Assembly (NCBI GenBank): GCA_963662585.1
Contig: OY759729.1
Location: 736,001-800,000 of the forward strand
Reading direction: 5' to 3'
Origin: Candidatus Cloacimonadales bacterium
GTDB taxonomy: Bacteria > Cloacimonadota > Cloacimonadia > Cloacimonadales > JAFGVF01
Length of the DNA stretch: 64,000 bases
Every line of letters begins with the position of its first letter. The first letter of the stretch is position 1. The translations under genes were made by a program, and so were the position numbers. The notes under the pieces were generated by a model. It made no database searches and was not told the DNA's origin. It saw only the letters and a program-made list of their open reading frames with translations. This document shows, piece after piece, positions 19,887 through 28,618 of the stretch.

Positions 19887-21962
19887 TTATTCCTCCCTTT
19901 TTCCGCCGGCAAAAACACTCAATTGAGCTTCAATAAATACCGGTCTCTTAGTGTTTGGAACAACATGATCAGCAGGAACACCCATCTGTCGCATTACTTG
20001 TTTAAGTAAGACATCACAAGTTTTTGCTCCACAAGGTCCCATACCTGCACGAGTAATAGCTTTAATCTGATTCAAATCATATATTCCCTGTTTAATTAAG
20101 TCTTTCACATCTTTGACTTTTACTCTTTCGCAAAGACATACCATTCCATCATCTTCTAAGTTAGGGATAGTATCCATTTCAATTGGTAAGGTAATAGCTT
20201 CTTCTTGAATTCTAAATGATGCTACTTTTTTGGCAATATCTCTATCAACTTGAACTTTTACTAATTGAGTTCTTTGTTTAGGGAACATTTGCACACTTAC
20301 TACAGGGAAATGTCCTAAAGTCTCTGCATTGATATCATTCACTTCAACAATATCGCCCTCTTTTATCATAAAATTACCTACTTCATAAGGAAGGGTAACT
20401 ATTGGATTCTCTTTATCTTTTCTATAATCTACTAGAGTAATTGCTAAGCCTGGGCAGATTAGGACACATTTACCACAACCAATACATTTTTCAGTATAGC
20501 GAGGAGTTCCCATTAAACCGCCATCATCAATTTTAATGGCATTCACAGGACAAACAGTAGTGCAAGGATTACATGGAATCTCTTGCAAGCAATGAATAAT
20601 TGGCATAATGCTATCTTCGCTATCATCATAATTATATGCTTTTATCTCGCCTGGATGTGTTTTTAATAATTCAGCTTTATCATACCATTCTTGAGGAACT
20701 TCATCAACTTCAGCACCCATTTCTTTACAAATTTTGAGTCCAACTATTTTTCCATTAAACATAGCAGAAGAAGCTTCAGCAATTTCAAAAGCATCACCAG
20801 CTGCCATTACTGGAAGTCCTGCTTGAACAGCTTCTTGGGTAAATTCGTCTAAAGAATCTAAACCTACTGCCATTAAGATAGTATCACAAGAAAAACTCTT
20901 TTCTGTACCAGGGATTTGTTGAAATTTTTCATCAACTTCAATAATAGTTATACCTTCTACAGTCTCGGTACCATTAGCACTTAAAATACTATGAGAAGTA
21001 TAGATAGGGACACCAAGTCTTTTTAATTTATCAGCATGAACTTTGTAGCCTCCACACCTAGGTGCAGCTTCAACTAAGCCAACAACATTGATTCCTGCTT
21101 GAAGAGCATGGTAGCCTGCTATGAGGCCAACATTACCACCACCAACAATAAATAATCTATCGGTTGGTTTTACTAAATCTCTATTAACTAAAGTTTGGAA
21201 AGCTCCTGCACCATAGATACTTGCAAGTGTGTTGCCATTAAAGCGTAAGAACTTTTCTCTAGCTCCTGCAGCATTCAGAATCATTTTAGGAGTTACGACT
21301 TTGTATTCATCTTTCTTTAAAACACCTACTTTTTTATCACTGAAGACAAATAGTACTGTGCTTTCAGTCCAGATTTCAATAGAATCATAGCTTGAAACTT
21401 CTTCAGCTAGAATTTTACCTATATCGTTTCCACGAGTTCCAGCTCTAGAATCGGCTTGAGAACCAAAGAATTTATGAGTCTGTAAAACTAATTTACCACC
21501 CAAGACCTCTTTATCATCTATTAATAAAGCTTTTAAGCCTCTCTTACCCATTTCAATAGCAGCTGAAAGACCTGCAGGTCCACCGCCAATAATTAATATA
21601 TCAGTAGTAAGTTCTTCAATATCAGACATTTCAACCTGATCTGAATCAGTTGGTAAATTTGGTAAACCCTCTGCACTTTCAACAATCATATTTTCTTTGA
21701 CTGGTGTCATACAAGATTTTACAGGAATACCATTAGCAATTACAGTACATTTTGCGCACTGTCCATTTGCACAAAATATACCTTGAGCTGTGTTGTCAGC
21801 ATGATGGTGACCGAAGACGCGGATGCCGTTTGCCATAAGAGCTGAAGATATCATCTCACCTTGACGAGCATTAAGAGGTTGTTTGTTCCAATAAAAAGTG
21901 ACAAAATCGTTATTTTCCGGCATATCTAAGACCGGATGGTTTCTAATGCGTTGTTCAACCAT
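19887..21962 (-). CDS. Multi-domain alpha-type subunit: 2Fe-2S + FAD/NAD(P) oxidoreductase + 2x4Fe-4S + BFD-like 2Fe-2S
   Basis: FCANGQCAKC, GGGPAGL, GGGNVG, CLQEIPCNPCTTVCP/CIGCGKCVLICP, CLCE...GMGPCGAKTC. Confidence 0.85.
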   Translation of the reverse strand: MVEQRIRNHPVLDMPENNDFVTFYWNKQPLNARQGEMISSALMANGIRVFGHHHADNTAQGIFCANGQCAKCTVIANGIPVKSCMTPVKENMIVESAEGLPNLPTDSDQVEMSDIEELTTDILIIGGGPAGLSAAIEMGKRGLKALLIDDKEVLGGKLVLQTHKFFGSQADSRAGTRGNDIGKILAEEVSSYDSIEIWTESTVLFVFSDKKVGVLKKDEYKVVTPKMILNAAGAREKFLRFNGNTLASIYGAGAFQTLVNRDLVKPTDRLFIVGGGNVGLIAGYHALQAGINVVGLVEAAPRCGGYKVHADKLKRLGVPIYTSHSILSANGTETVEGITIIEVDEKFQQIPGTEKSFSCDTILMAVGLDSLDEFTQEAVQAGLPVMAAGDAFEIAEASSAMFNGKIVGLKICKEMGAEVDEVPQEWYDKAELLKTHPGEIKAYNYDDSEDSIMPIIHCLQEIPCNPCTTVCPVNAIKIDDGGLMGTPRYTEKCIGCGKCVLICPGLAITLVDYRKDKENPIVTLPYEVGNFMIKEGDIVEVNDINAETLGHFPVVSVQMFPKQRTQLVKVQVDRDIAKKVASFRIQEEAITLPIEMDTIPNLEDDGMVCLCERVKVKDVKDLIKQGIYDLNQIKAITRAGMGPCGAKTCDVLLKQVMRQMGVPADHVVPNTKRPVFIEAQLSVFAGGKREE

Positions 21963-22228
21963 AAAATTCTCCTAAAATTGGATTATATTATCCTAAAAAA
22001 AGTTATTAGTCATAAAGTGTCAAGTGTAAAACTTAATTATATGATTTTAGTTTGCACTATGCTTGCTCAAAATCAAAAAAAACTTGTTTTATTCTCTTAA
22101 AAAATTAATCTATTATTATATTAAAATTACAAGATTATTATTTATTGTTTTTTTAGTAGCTCTTATTGCTACTAGCATCTCTATTTTGAGAATATTTAAT
22201 AATTAAATAAAGACATTTAGGAGGTACT

Positions 22229-23938
22229 TTGGTACGACAGATAACTAATCAGTTAGTTCTTGTTCTCACCGGACAGGCAGGACAAGGTATTCAATCAATT
22301 GAGAGTATTTTATCTACTTTACTCAAAAGAAGTGGCTATAATTATTTCTCGACTTCAGAACTTATGTCTCGGGTAAGAGGTGGAATTAATTCTACTGAGA
22401 TAAGAGTATCATCGCAAGCAATAGCAGGATTTCTTGATCACATAGATATACTTATTCCTCTCCACAATGATGGTATTGAGCATCTTAAAAAAAGAAGAAG
22501 TTCTGAGACTATTGTTATCGGAGAAAAAGATAAAATAGATTATAAAGATATCATAGATATTCAATTTACTCAAATAGCAAAAGAGATAGGAAATGCTATT
22601 TATTCTAATACTGTGGCAGCTGGCTTTATATGTGGACTTCTAAAAGTAGAACTCAAGACCTGCCAAGATTACATAATTGAGTACTTTGCAGATAAAAATT
22701 CAGATATTCAAAAGAAGAATCGCGAGGCAATAACTAAAGGTCATGAATTAGGTAAGAACTTCACAGATATAGATATTAATATTGAAAAATCCCCTTCAGT
22801 TAAAGACCATCTTCTCATGAGTGGTGCTGATGCTATATCACTTGGTGCCCTTGCGGGTGGATGTAACTACACCTGTGGTTATCCAATGTCACCAGCTACC
22901 AGTGTACTCCAAAATATGGCCTCTTATGCTAAAAAATTTGATATCATTGTCGAGCAGGTTGAAGATGAAGTCGGAGTTATTAACATGGCTCTTGGTGCAT
23001 GGTATGCTGGAGCTAGAGCTATGACAACTACCTCTGGAGGTGGACTTGCCCTCATGAGTGAAGGGATAAGTCTTTGCGGAATGATGGAATCACCGATGGT
23101 ACTTCACTTGGCACAGAGACCAGGTCCTGCTACCGGACTTGCAACCCGTACAGAACAAGGTGATTTGAATTTAGTATTATACTCTGGTCATGGAGACTTT
23201 CCTAGAATAATTCTGGCACCTGGAACTTTACAAGAGGGATTTACCCTCACTCAAAAGGCTTTTAATCTAGCTGATAAATATCAAGTTCCTGTTTTCATAT
23301 TAACTGATCAATATTATGTCAATAGCAAATATAACACAGCTCCCTTTGATAGCAAAAGCTTAAAAATCGAAAAGCATATAATTGAGACTAAAGAAGATTA
23401 TAAAAGATACTCTTTTACAGAAAATGGAATTTCTCCCCGTGGAATACCTAGTTATGGTTCAGGAAGTGTCTGTTCAGGAAGTAATGAACACGATGAAGCT
23501 GGAAGGATTACTGAAGATCCGGATTTAAGAGTAAAGATGACTGATAAGCGTCTCCATAAATTAGAACTAATTAAAGCCGACATTATTCAACCAAAACTGA
23601 TTGGCAAGGATAATTACCAGACCCTTATAGTAAGTTGGGGTTCTACTTTTAATATTGTAGCTGAAGCAGTTCAAGTTCTTGGAAGAGAAGATATTGCGGT
23701 TTTACATTTCTCTTGGGTATTCCCTCTTCCTGACAACACTCTAGAATATTTAGAAAAAGCAAATCAAGTTATTATAGTAGAGAATAATGCTACTTCCCAT
23801 TTTGCCCAACTTATAAAACTTTCAACAGGTTTTGACATTAAAAATAAGATACTAAAATATAATGGACGCCCCTTCTCCATTGAAGAAGTAAAAGAAGAGA
23901 TTGAAAAGGTGATTGATTTAGGAGGAGAAAATGAATAA
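22229..23938 (+). CDS. korA: 2-oxoacid:ferredoxin oxidoreductase alpha(+gamma) subunit
   Basis: GQAGQG, GYPMSPAT, EDE, TTTSGGG, QRPGPATG; TTG start behind AGGAGG; substrate specificity not determinable. Confidence 0.9.
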   Translation: MVRQITNQLVLVLTGQAGQGIQSIESILSTLLKRSGYNYFSTSELMSRVRGGINSTEIRVSSQAIAGFLDHIDILIPLHNDGIEHLKKRRSSETIVIGEKDKIDYKDIIDIQFTQIAKEIGNAIYSNTVAAGFICGLLKVELKTCQDYIIEYFADKNSDIQKKNREAITKGHELGKNFTDIDINIEKSPSVKDHLLMSGADAISLGALAGGCNYTCGYPMSPATSVLQNMASYAKKFDIIVEQVEDEVGVINMALGAWYAGARAMTTTSGGGLALMSEGISLCGMMESPMVLHLAQRPGPATGLATRTEQGDLNLVLYSGHGDFPRIILAPGTLQEGFTLTQKAFNLADKYQVPVFILTDQYYVNSKYNTAPFDSKSLKIEKHIIETKEDYKRYSFTENGISPRGIPSYGSGSVCSGSNEHDEAGRITEDPDLRVKMTDKRLHKLELIKADIIQPKLIGKDNYQTLIVSWGSTFNIVAEAVQVLGREDIAVLHFSWVFPLPDNTLEYLEKANQVIIVENNATSHFAQLIKLSTGFDIKNKILKYNGRPFSIEEVKEEIEKVIDLGGENE

Positions 23939-24791
23939 CAAATTTGATTTTGAAAATAAAATTGATTTTTCTTGGTGTCCTGGCTGTGGAAACTTCTCTA
24001 TTCGCCAAGAATTACTAACTGCCCTTGAAGAAATGAAACTTGATAAAGATAAAGTAGTATTGGTTTCAGGAATTGGACAAGCTGCCAAAATGCCGGAATT
24101 TGTTAACACTAGCTTCTTTCATGGACTGCATGGGCGTGGATTACCAGCAGCTACGGCAATCAAAGCATGCAATCCCGAACTCACAGTTATTGCCTTCGGT
24201 GGTGATGGTGATATGTATGGTGAAGGTGGAAATCATCTGCTCCATATCACTAGAAAAAATCCTGATATCACTCTCTTTGTTAATGATAATATGATTTATG
24301 GCTTAACTAAAGGACAGGCTTCACCTACTTCAAGTATTGGAATGAAAACCCCTCTCCAAGTATTTGGGGTTTCTGAAAAACCTCTTAATCCGCTTGCTCT
24401 AGCTATCTCACTGGATGTAACATTTGTAGCTAGAGCCTTCTCAGGTCATGTGGAACAGACTAAAGAGATAATGAAACAAGCTATAGCTCATAAAGGATTT
24501 GCCTTAGTTGATATATTCCAACCTTGTGTTTCATTCAATAAAATAAATACCTTTAAATGGTTCAATGAAAATACCTATTATTTACCAGAAGATTTTGATA
24601 ACTCAGATAGGGTAAAATCATTTGAGAAAGCCCTGGAAGAGGGTCCTTTCCCACTTGGTGTGATTTACAAAAGTAATCATCGCAAAACTTTTGAGGAGAA
24701 TCTTCAAGTATATAAAAATAACAAATTACCCCTTTATAAAAATGAAATCGATATGAATAAAATAGAAGCGGAGATACTCTCCAAAAGATAA
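23931..24791 (+). CDS. korB: 2-oxoacid:ferredoxin oxidoreductase beta subunit
   Basis: WCPGCGN, LHGR, GGDGD TPP motif, YGLTKGQASPT. Confidence 0.92.
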   Translation: MNNKFDFENKIDFSWCPGCGNFSIRQELLTALEEMKLDKDKVVLVSGIGQAAKMPEFVNTSFFHGLHGRGLPAATAIKACNPELTVIAFGGDGDMYGEGGNHLLHITRKNPDITLFVNDNMIYGLTKGQASPTSSIGMKTPLQVFGVSEKPLNPLALAISLDVTFVARAFSGHVEQTKEIMKQAIAHKGFALVDIFQPCVSFNKINTFKWFNENTYYLPEDFDNSDRVKSFEKALEEGPFPLGVIYKSNHRKTFEENLQVYKNNKLPLYKNEIDMNKIEAEILSKR

Positions 24792-24792
24792 T

Positions 24793-24975
24793 ATCCCCCT
24801 CCGCGAGGGGGACCATGGGGGTGTTTCCTTAATCCCCCTCCGCGAGGGGGACCATGGGGGTGTTTCCTTAATCCCCCTCCGCGAGGGGGAACATGGGGGT
24901 GTTTCCTTAATATCCCCCTCCGCGAGGATAATACAAGGGCCTTTCTTAAGAGGGCGTATGGCAATACGCCCCTAC
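24793..24975. repeat. 39-bp palindromic unit x3 plus partial, then a GTAG-type REP, filling the gap between convergent genes
   Basis: ATCCCCCTCCGCGAGGGGGACCATGGGGGTGTTTCCTTA at 24793, 24832, 24871, partial 24912; GGGCGTATGGCAATACGCCCCTAC ends at 24975. Confidence 0.9.
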
Positions 24976-26061
24976 TTAGTTACCTGAACGAACAAGTCTT
25001 AAACCAAAATAATGATTTTCAAAAGAACTTAGGCTTGGCCTAAAAGAGGAACGACTAGCAAGCCTACAATAAGTTTGAGAATTACCCCAACTACCACCCC
25101 TAACTACTCGCTTACTACCACTATCAGGACCGATTGGATTTAGCTGTGCTTCACTAGAATAGTCAGCATACCAATCATAACACCACTCAAAAACATTACC
25201 CGACATATCATAAATCCCTAACTTGTTTGGCAATTTAGAGCCAATTGGCTTTGTCTCATGCTCTTCATTAACTCCCCAATACACAGCAACACTATCAACA
25301 TCATCTGAACCAGAATAGAGATAATCAGGCTCATTAGAAGCTCCTCTAGCAGCATATTCCCACTCGGCTTCAGTAGGTAAACGATAGCCATTAGCAGTAA
25401 AATCACAAGTCCACTCTGAAGTATCATAGCAAGGGGTTAACCCTTCTTGAATACTTCTTAAATTACAATATTCAACAGCCTTAAACCAAGTTACACTTTC
25501 TACAGGATTATTATTATCAGCATACCAATAGTAATAACTAGGATTGTTGCCCATGACCCATTTATATTCAGCTTGAGTTACTTCATACTTAGCGATATAA
25601 AAAGGATCGACTGTTACTTCATGAAGAGGTAATTCACAGAGAAAGCCATCACCTCTTGTTCTTCCCATAGTAAAGCTTCCGCCTGGGACAAAAGCCATTG
25701 AGGGATAAGGATCATCACCAATAGTAAATGTTCTAGTTTTGCTTTCACTTGCTTGATAATCTTCTTTATATGCCTTAACATATATTGAAGTTGTTTCTGA
25801 AATATGGAGTGGACCAAGATATAGCTGTGAGACTTCAATTGGTTGGAAGTAATCAAATCTATAATATATCTCTGCACCTGGTGTAGCACAGGTAATTTCT
25901 ACTACTACAGAATCACAATATACTCCTGCTGGAGGATTAAATGATGGAGTTGACACTCTGTTGGAATCACTATCTGAAGGCTTAGAGGCTTTATCATCAT
26001 TGCAACTAATTAACAAGAACGAAAGAAGAAGCACTAACCAAAACAAATTCTTTTTAAACAT
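24976..26061 (-). CDS. Lipoprotein with chitobiase/Fn3-associated domain and FGE-sulfatase (SUMF1, CLec-fold) domain
   Basis: Lipobox LLISC; TPSFNPPAGVY; YRLPTEAEWEYAARG, DMSGNVFEWC, RVVRGGSW. Confidence 0.88.
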   Translation of the reverse strand: MFKKNLFWLVLLLSFLLISCNDDKASKPSDSDSNRVSTPSFNPPAGVYCDSVVVEITCATPGAEIYYRFDYFQPIEVSQLYLGPLHISETTSIYVKAYKEDYQASESKTRTFTIGDDPYPSMAFVPGGSFTMGRTRGDGFLCELPLHEVTVDPFYIAKYEVTQAEYKWVMGNNPSYYYWYADNNNPVESVTWFKAVEYCNLRSIQEGLTPCYDTSEWTCDFTANGYRLPTEAEWEYAARGASNEPDYLYSGSDDVDSVAVYWGVNEEHETKPIGSKLPNKLGIYDMSGNVFEWCYDWYADYSSEAQLNPIGPDSGSKRVVRGGSWGNSQTYCRLASRSSFRPSLSSFENHYFGLRLVRSGN

Positions 26062-26546
26062 CCTATCTACCCCTTTTGTGCACTTATTAATTACTATATC
26101 ATAGTTTTAAGTACTATCATCAATATTCTAGTATTGTTAAATATTGTCAATTAATATTTATATTATTAATAAACATTACATTAGAGGCTGTTCAACCATC
26201 AAGCCACCTTCTTCAATAGTTTATCCTTAACGAAGTCGATAATATTGCATATCTTTAGGTTTCTTGACATTTTATAATGATTGTATATTGGTAACAAAGC
26301 CTCTTCACTGGGAATGTGGATGACCACATCCGCTTCCAAGGGATAGCTTGGAAATTCTTAAAAATCCCTGTGGGATTAAGAGGCATTATTCGGATATTAG
26401 AGATGTAGTAATGTAATCAAGCTAGATGTCCATTTCAAAAATGTAGGATAATAAATAAAAAGTGTGCCTTAATTATACCATTAAAAAAATCAAAGCACTA
26501 TTTATCAGTCATTTATTCTGAACAGTCTCTTACATTAACTACTAAA

Positions 26547-27215
26547 TTACAGACCTAAGTCCCTAACAATTTTCCATACTTCAGAGAAGCAAAGTCTGCA
26601 ATTATATTCTTCTACTAGGCCATTCTTGATCTGATTAGCTCTAGATAAACAGCTTTTCTTAGCATTAATAGAAGCTTGTTGCAAATTGTTCTTGGTAACA
26701 GAATAAATTTTCCCCTTTCCTTTTTGATAATTAGCAATATATTTGTTTAATTGAGTTTCGTGATTCTTACAATTGTCACTTGTTGTGGGGTTTGTTTCAT
26801 AATGATACAATAACCATGTTTCAAAACAGATATAGGACTCAATCGGTACTACAGCTCGAGTCATCAGCTTATTTCTCTCATCAATATATTTTATCATTTG
26901 TTTTTGATTAATTATGCAATCTAAATCAAGTACGAAATACACTTTTGTATAATTATCTGTTTTATATTGACTTGCTTTATCTAGAATACTTCTCCAATTA
27001 GATTTGTTGTGGAGCTCTGGAATAATCCTAATTCCTTTGCCTGATTCTTTTGATGCAACTTCTGAGAAATAATTTTGTTCTGTTTCTCCTTCACAAACTA
27101 TTACAATAACAGACTTCTCTTTTCTTATTCCTTTAGCTTCAAAAGTTGATTTATCTTTCTTATTTTGGGGAAGTGTTCTCTTTTTTTCCGCTCTTGTATT
27201 TCTTTTTCTTGCCAT
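26547..27215 (-). CDS. rloB: RloB family Toprim-domain protein
   Basis: IVCEGETEQNYF, VLDLD, CFETWLLYHY. Confidence 0.85.
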   Translation of the reverse strand: MARKRNTRAEKKRTLPQNKKDKSTFEAKGIRKEKSVIVIVCEGETEQNYFSEVASKESGKGIRIIPELHNKSNWRSILDKASQYKTDNYTKVYFVLDLDCIINQKQMIKYIDERNKLMTRAVVPIESYICFETWLLYHYETNPTTSDNCKNHETQLNKYIANYQKGKGKIYSVTKNNLQQASINAKKSCLSRANQIKNGLVEEYNCRLCFSEVWKIVRDLGL

Positions 27216-27220
27216 AAGAA

Positions 27221-28462
27221 TTAGTCTAAAGTCTCTACTTGTTGTTTAATATTAGGAACAGCTCCATAGTTTCCTATCAAGTACTTCTTCATCACATTTT
27301 CTCTTTTTAAGTTATTAAAATCAATTAAACTGAAAAGCTCTGTTTGCCCAGTTTCTCGTTTTTCAGCAAACCAGATAACATCATAACGCATAATATCCCA
27401 AGCTAAAAATAGTGGGTTATGAGTAGTAACTATAAGTTGAGAATCTGAACTATTCTTTAAGAACATTAATAAAAGAAGTTTCTGTAAATCATAATGTAGA
27501 GAGTTTTCTATTTCGTCGAATAACATTAATTTAGATGTGCTTGTAATTACATAGAAGGGAGCTAACAAACTAAGATAACGCAGGGTCCCTGCAGATTCTT
27601 GATCTGAATTAAACTGAGCAAATATGTTAGCTTTATCTTTTTTAGCTATATGCTGAATTTTTAAATCCATACTTGGGAATAGTGTAAGTTGCAATTCTTT
27701 ATTATCATCCACAAGAATTTTAGAGATATTAAAGTCTGCTTGCCTCAATAAATCTCTGAATTTTTCAGCTAATTCTGTTTTTTCTTTGATTTTGTTAATC
27801 GTATAATCTAGTGCATCAGTATTGTTATCTATAAACATAGAAACTCTAGCAAAATGCCATTTCCAAACATTCTTTGCATGTTCGAATAGAGGGTTTACCC
27901 GATTAAAAACAGACAATATTGTATTATTTTTTAAGGTATTAGCTAATATTACTTCTCTGTCAGCTTTAGACAAAGATATTGTTGAGCCAACTCTTAATAC
28001 CATTCCTCTCTCATTAGTATCATCTTTTTTCCTTTCAAATACTAAGGCTGGTTGTATAGTAGGATAGTATTCTAACTTTTCGCTAAAAATTTCTTCAGAG
28101 GTAAAGTTGATTTCATATTTATAGCGAATATAATTATCTACTGTTTTCACTAAGAAATTAGCTTTTAGTGTTGAAGGTTCATTCTTGAATACTGGATCTA
28201 AAAGAAAAGGCTTGCTATCTATTTCATGGTCAATATCTCTCTTTTCAATAATTAAAGTGTTCAGGAGAGAAAAACATTTCAACATATTAGATTTACCAGA
28301 AGCATTAGCACCATAGATCATTAGCATTTTAAGTAATTTATATTTACCAATTTCTACGACAAAATCTTTCTCATAATCCTTTATTTTATCATAAGCTTCA
28401 AAGCTAAAGGTTTGTTCTTCACCAAATGAAAACAAATTTCTTACTGATAGATCTATGTACAT
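27221..28462 (-). CDS. ABC/AAA_21 ATPase (RloA/AbiEii-like)
   Basis: YGANASGKSN Walker A, ESAGT signature, FDEIENSLH, QLIVTTH, YLIGNYGAVP; start moved to ATG 28462 behind GAGGTG. Confidence 0.88.
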   Translation of the reverse strand: MYIDLSVRNLFSFGEEQTFSFEAYDKIKDYEKDFVVEIGKYKLLKMLMIYGANASGKSNMLKCFSLLNTLIIEKRDIDHEIDSKPFLLDPVFKNEPSTLKANFLVKTVDNYIRYKYEINFTSEEIFSEKLEYYPTIQPALVFERKKDDTNERGMVLRVGSTISLSKADREVILANTLKNNTILSVFNRVNPLFEHAKNVWKWHFARVSMFIDNNTDALDYTINKIKEKTELAEKFRDLLRQADFNISKILVDDNKELQLTLFPSMDLKIQHIAKKDKANIFAQFNSDQESAGTLRYLSLLAPFYVITSTSKLMLFDEIENSLHYDLQKLLLLMFLKNSSDSQLIVTTHNPLFLAWDIMRYDVIWFAEKRETGQTELFSLIDFNNLKRENVMKKYLIGNYGAVPNIKQQVETLD

Positions 28463-28570
28463 TTTCACCTCTATTTCATATATTTGCAGTTTTATGCATA
28501 ATTTAACAATTATAATATGCATGTCAAGCATTATATTTATTTAATTTAATTCTCATAGTCCCTTATAAAC

Positions 28571-28598
28571 AAAAATGGGCAATCACAAGGATTGCCCA
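28571..28598 (-). terminator. Intrinsic terminator after the two large secreted-protein genes
   Basis: TGGGCAATC-ACAAG-GATTGCCCA with T tract on the minus strand. Confidence 0.75.
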
Positions 28599-28618
28599 AA
28601 CAAAGAAGTTATTATTTC

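Noticed and set aside
24793..24930. Possible CRISPR array (39-bp palindromic repeats)
   Set aside because: Repeats are head-to-tail with no unique spacers, and there are no cas genes in the window.
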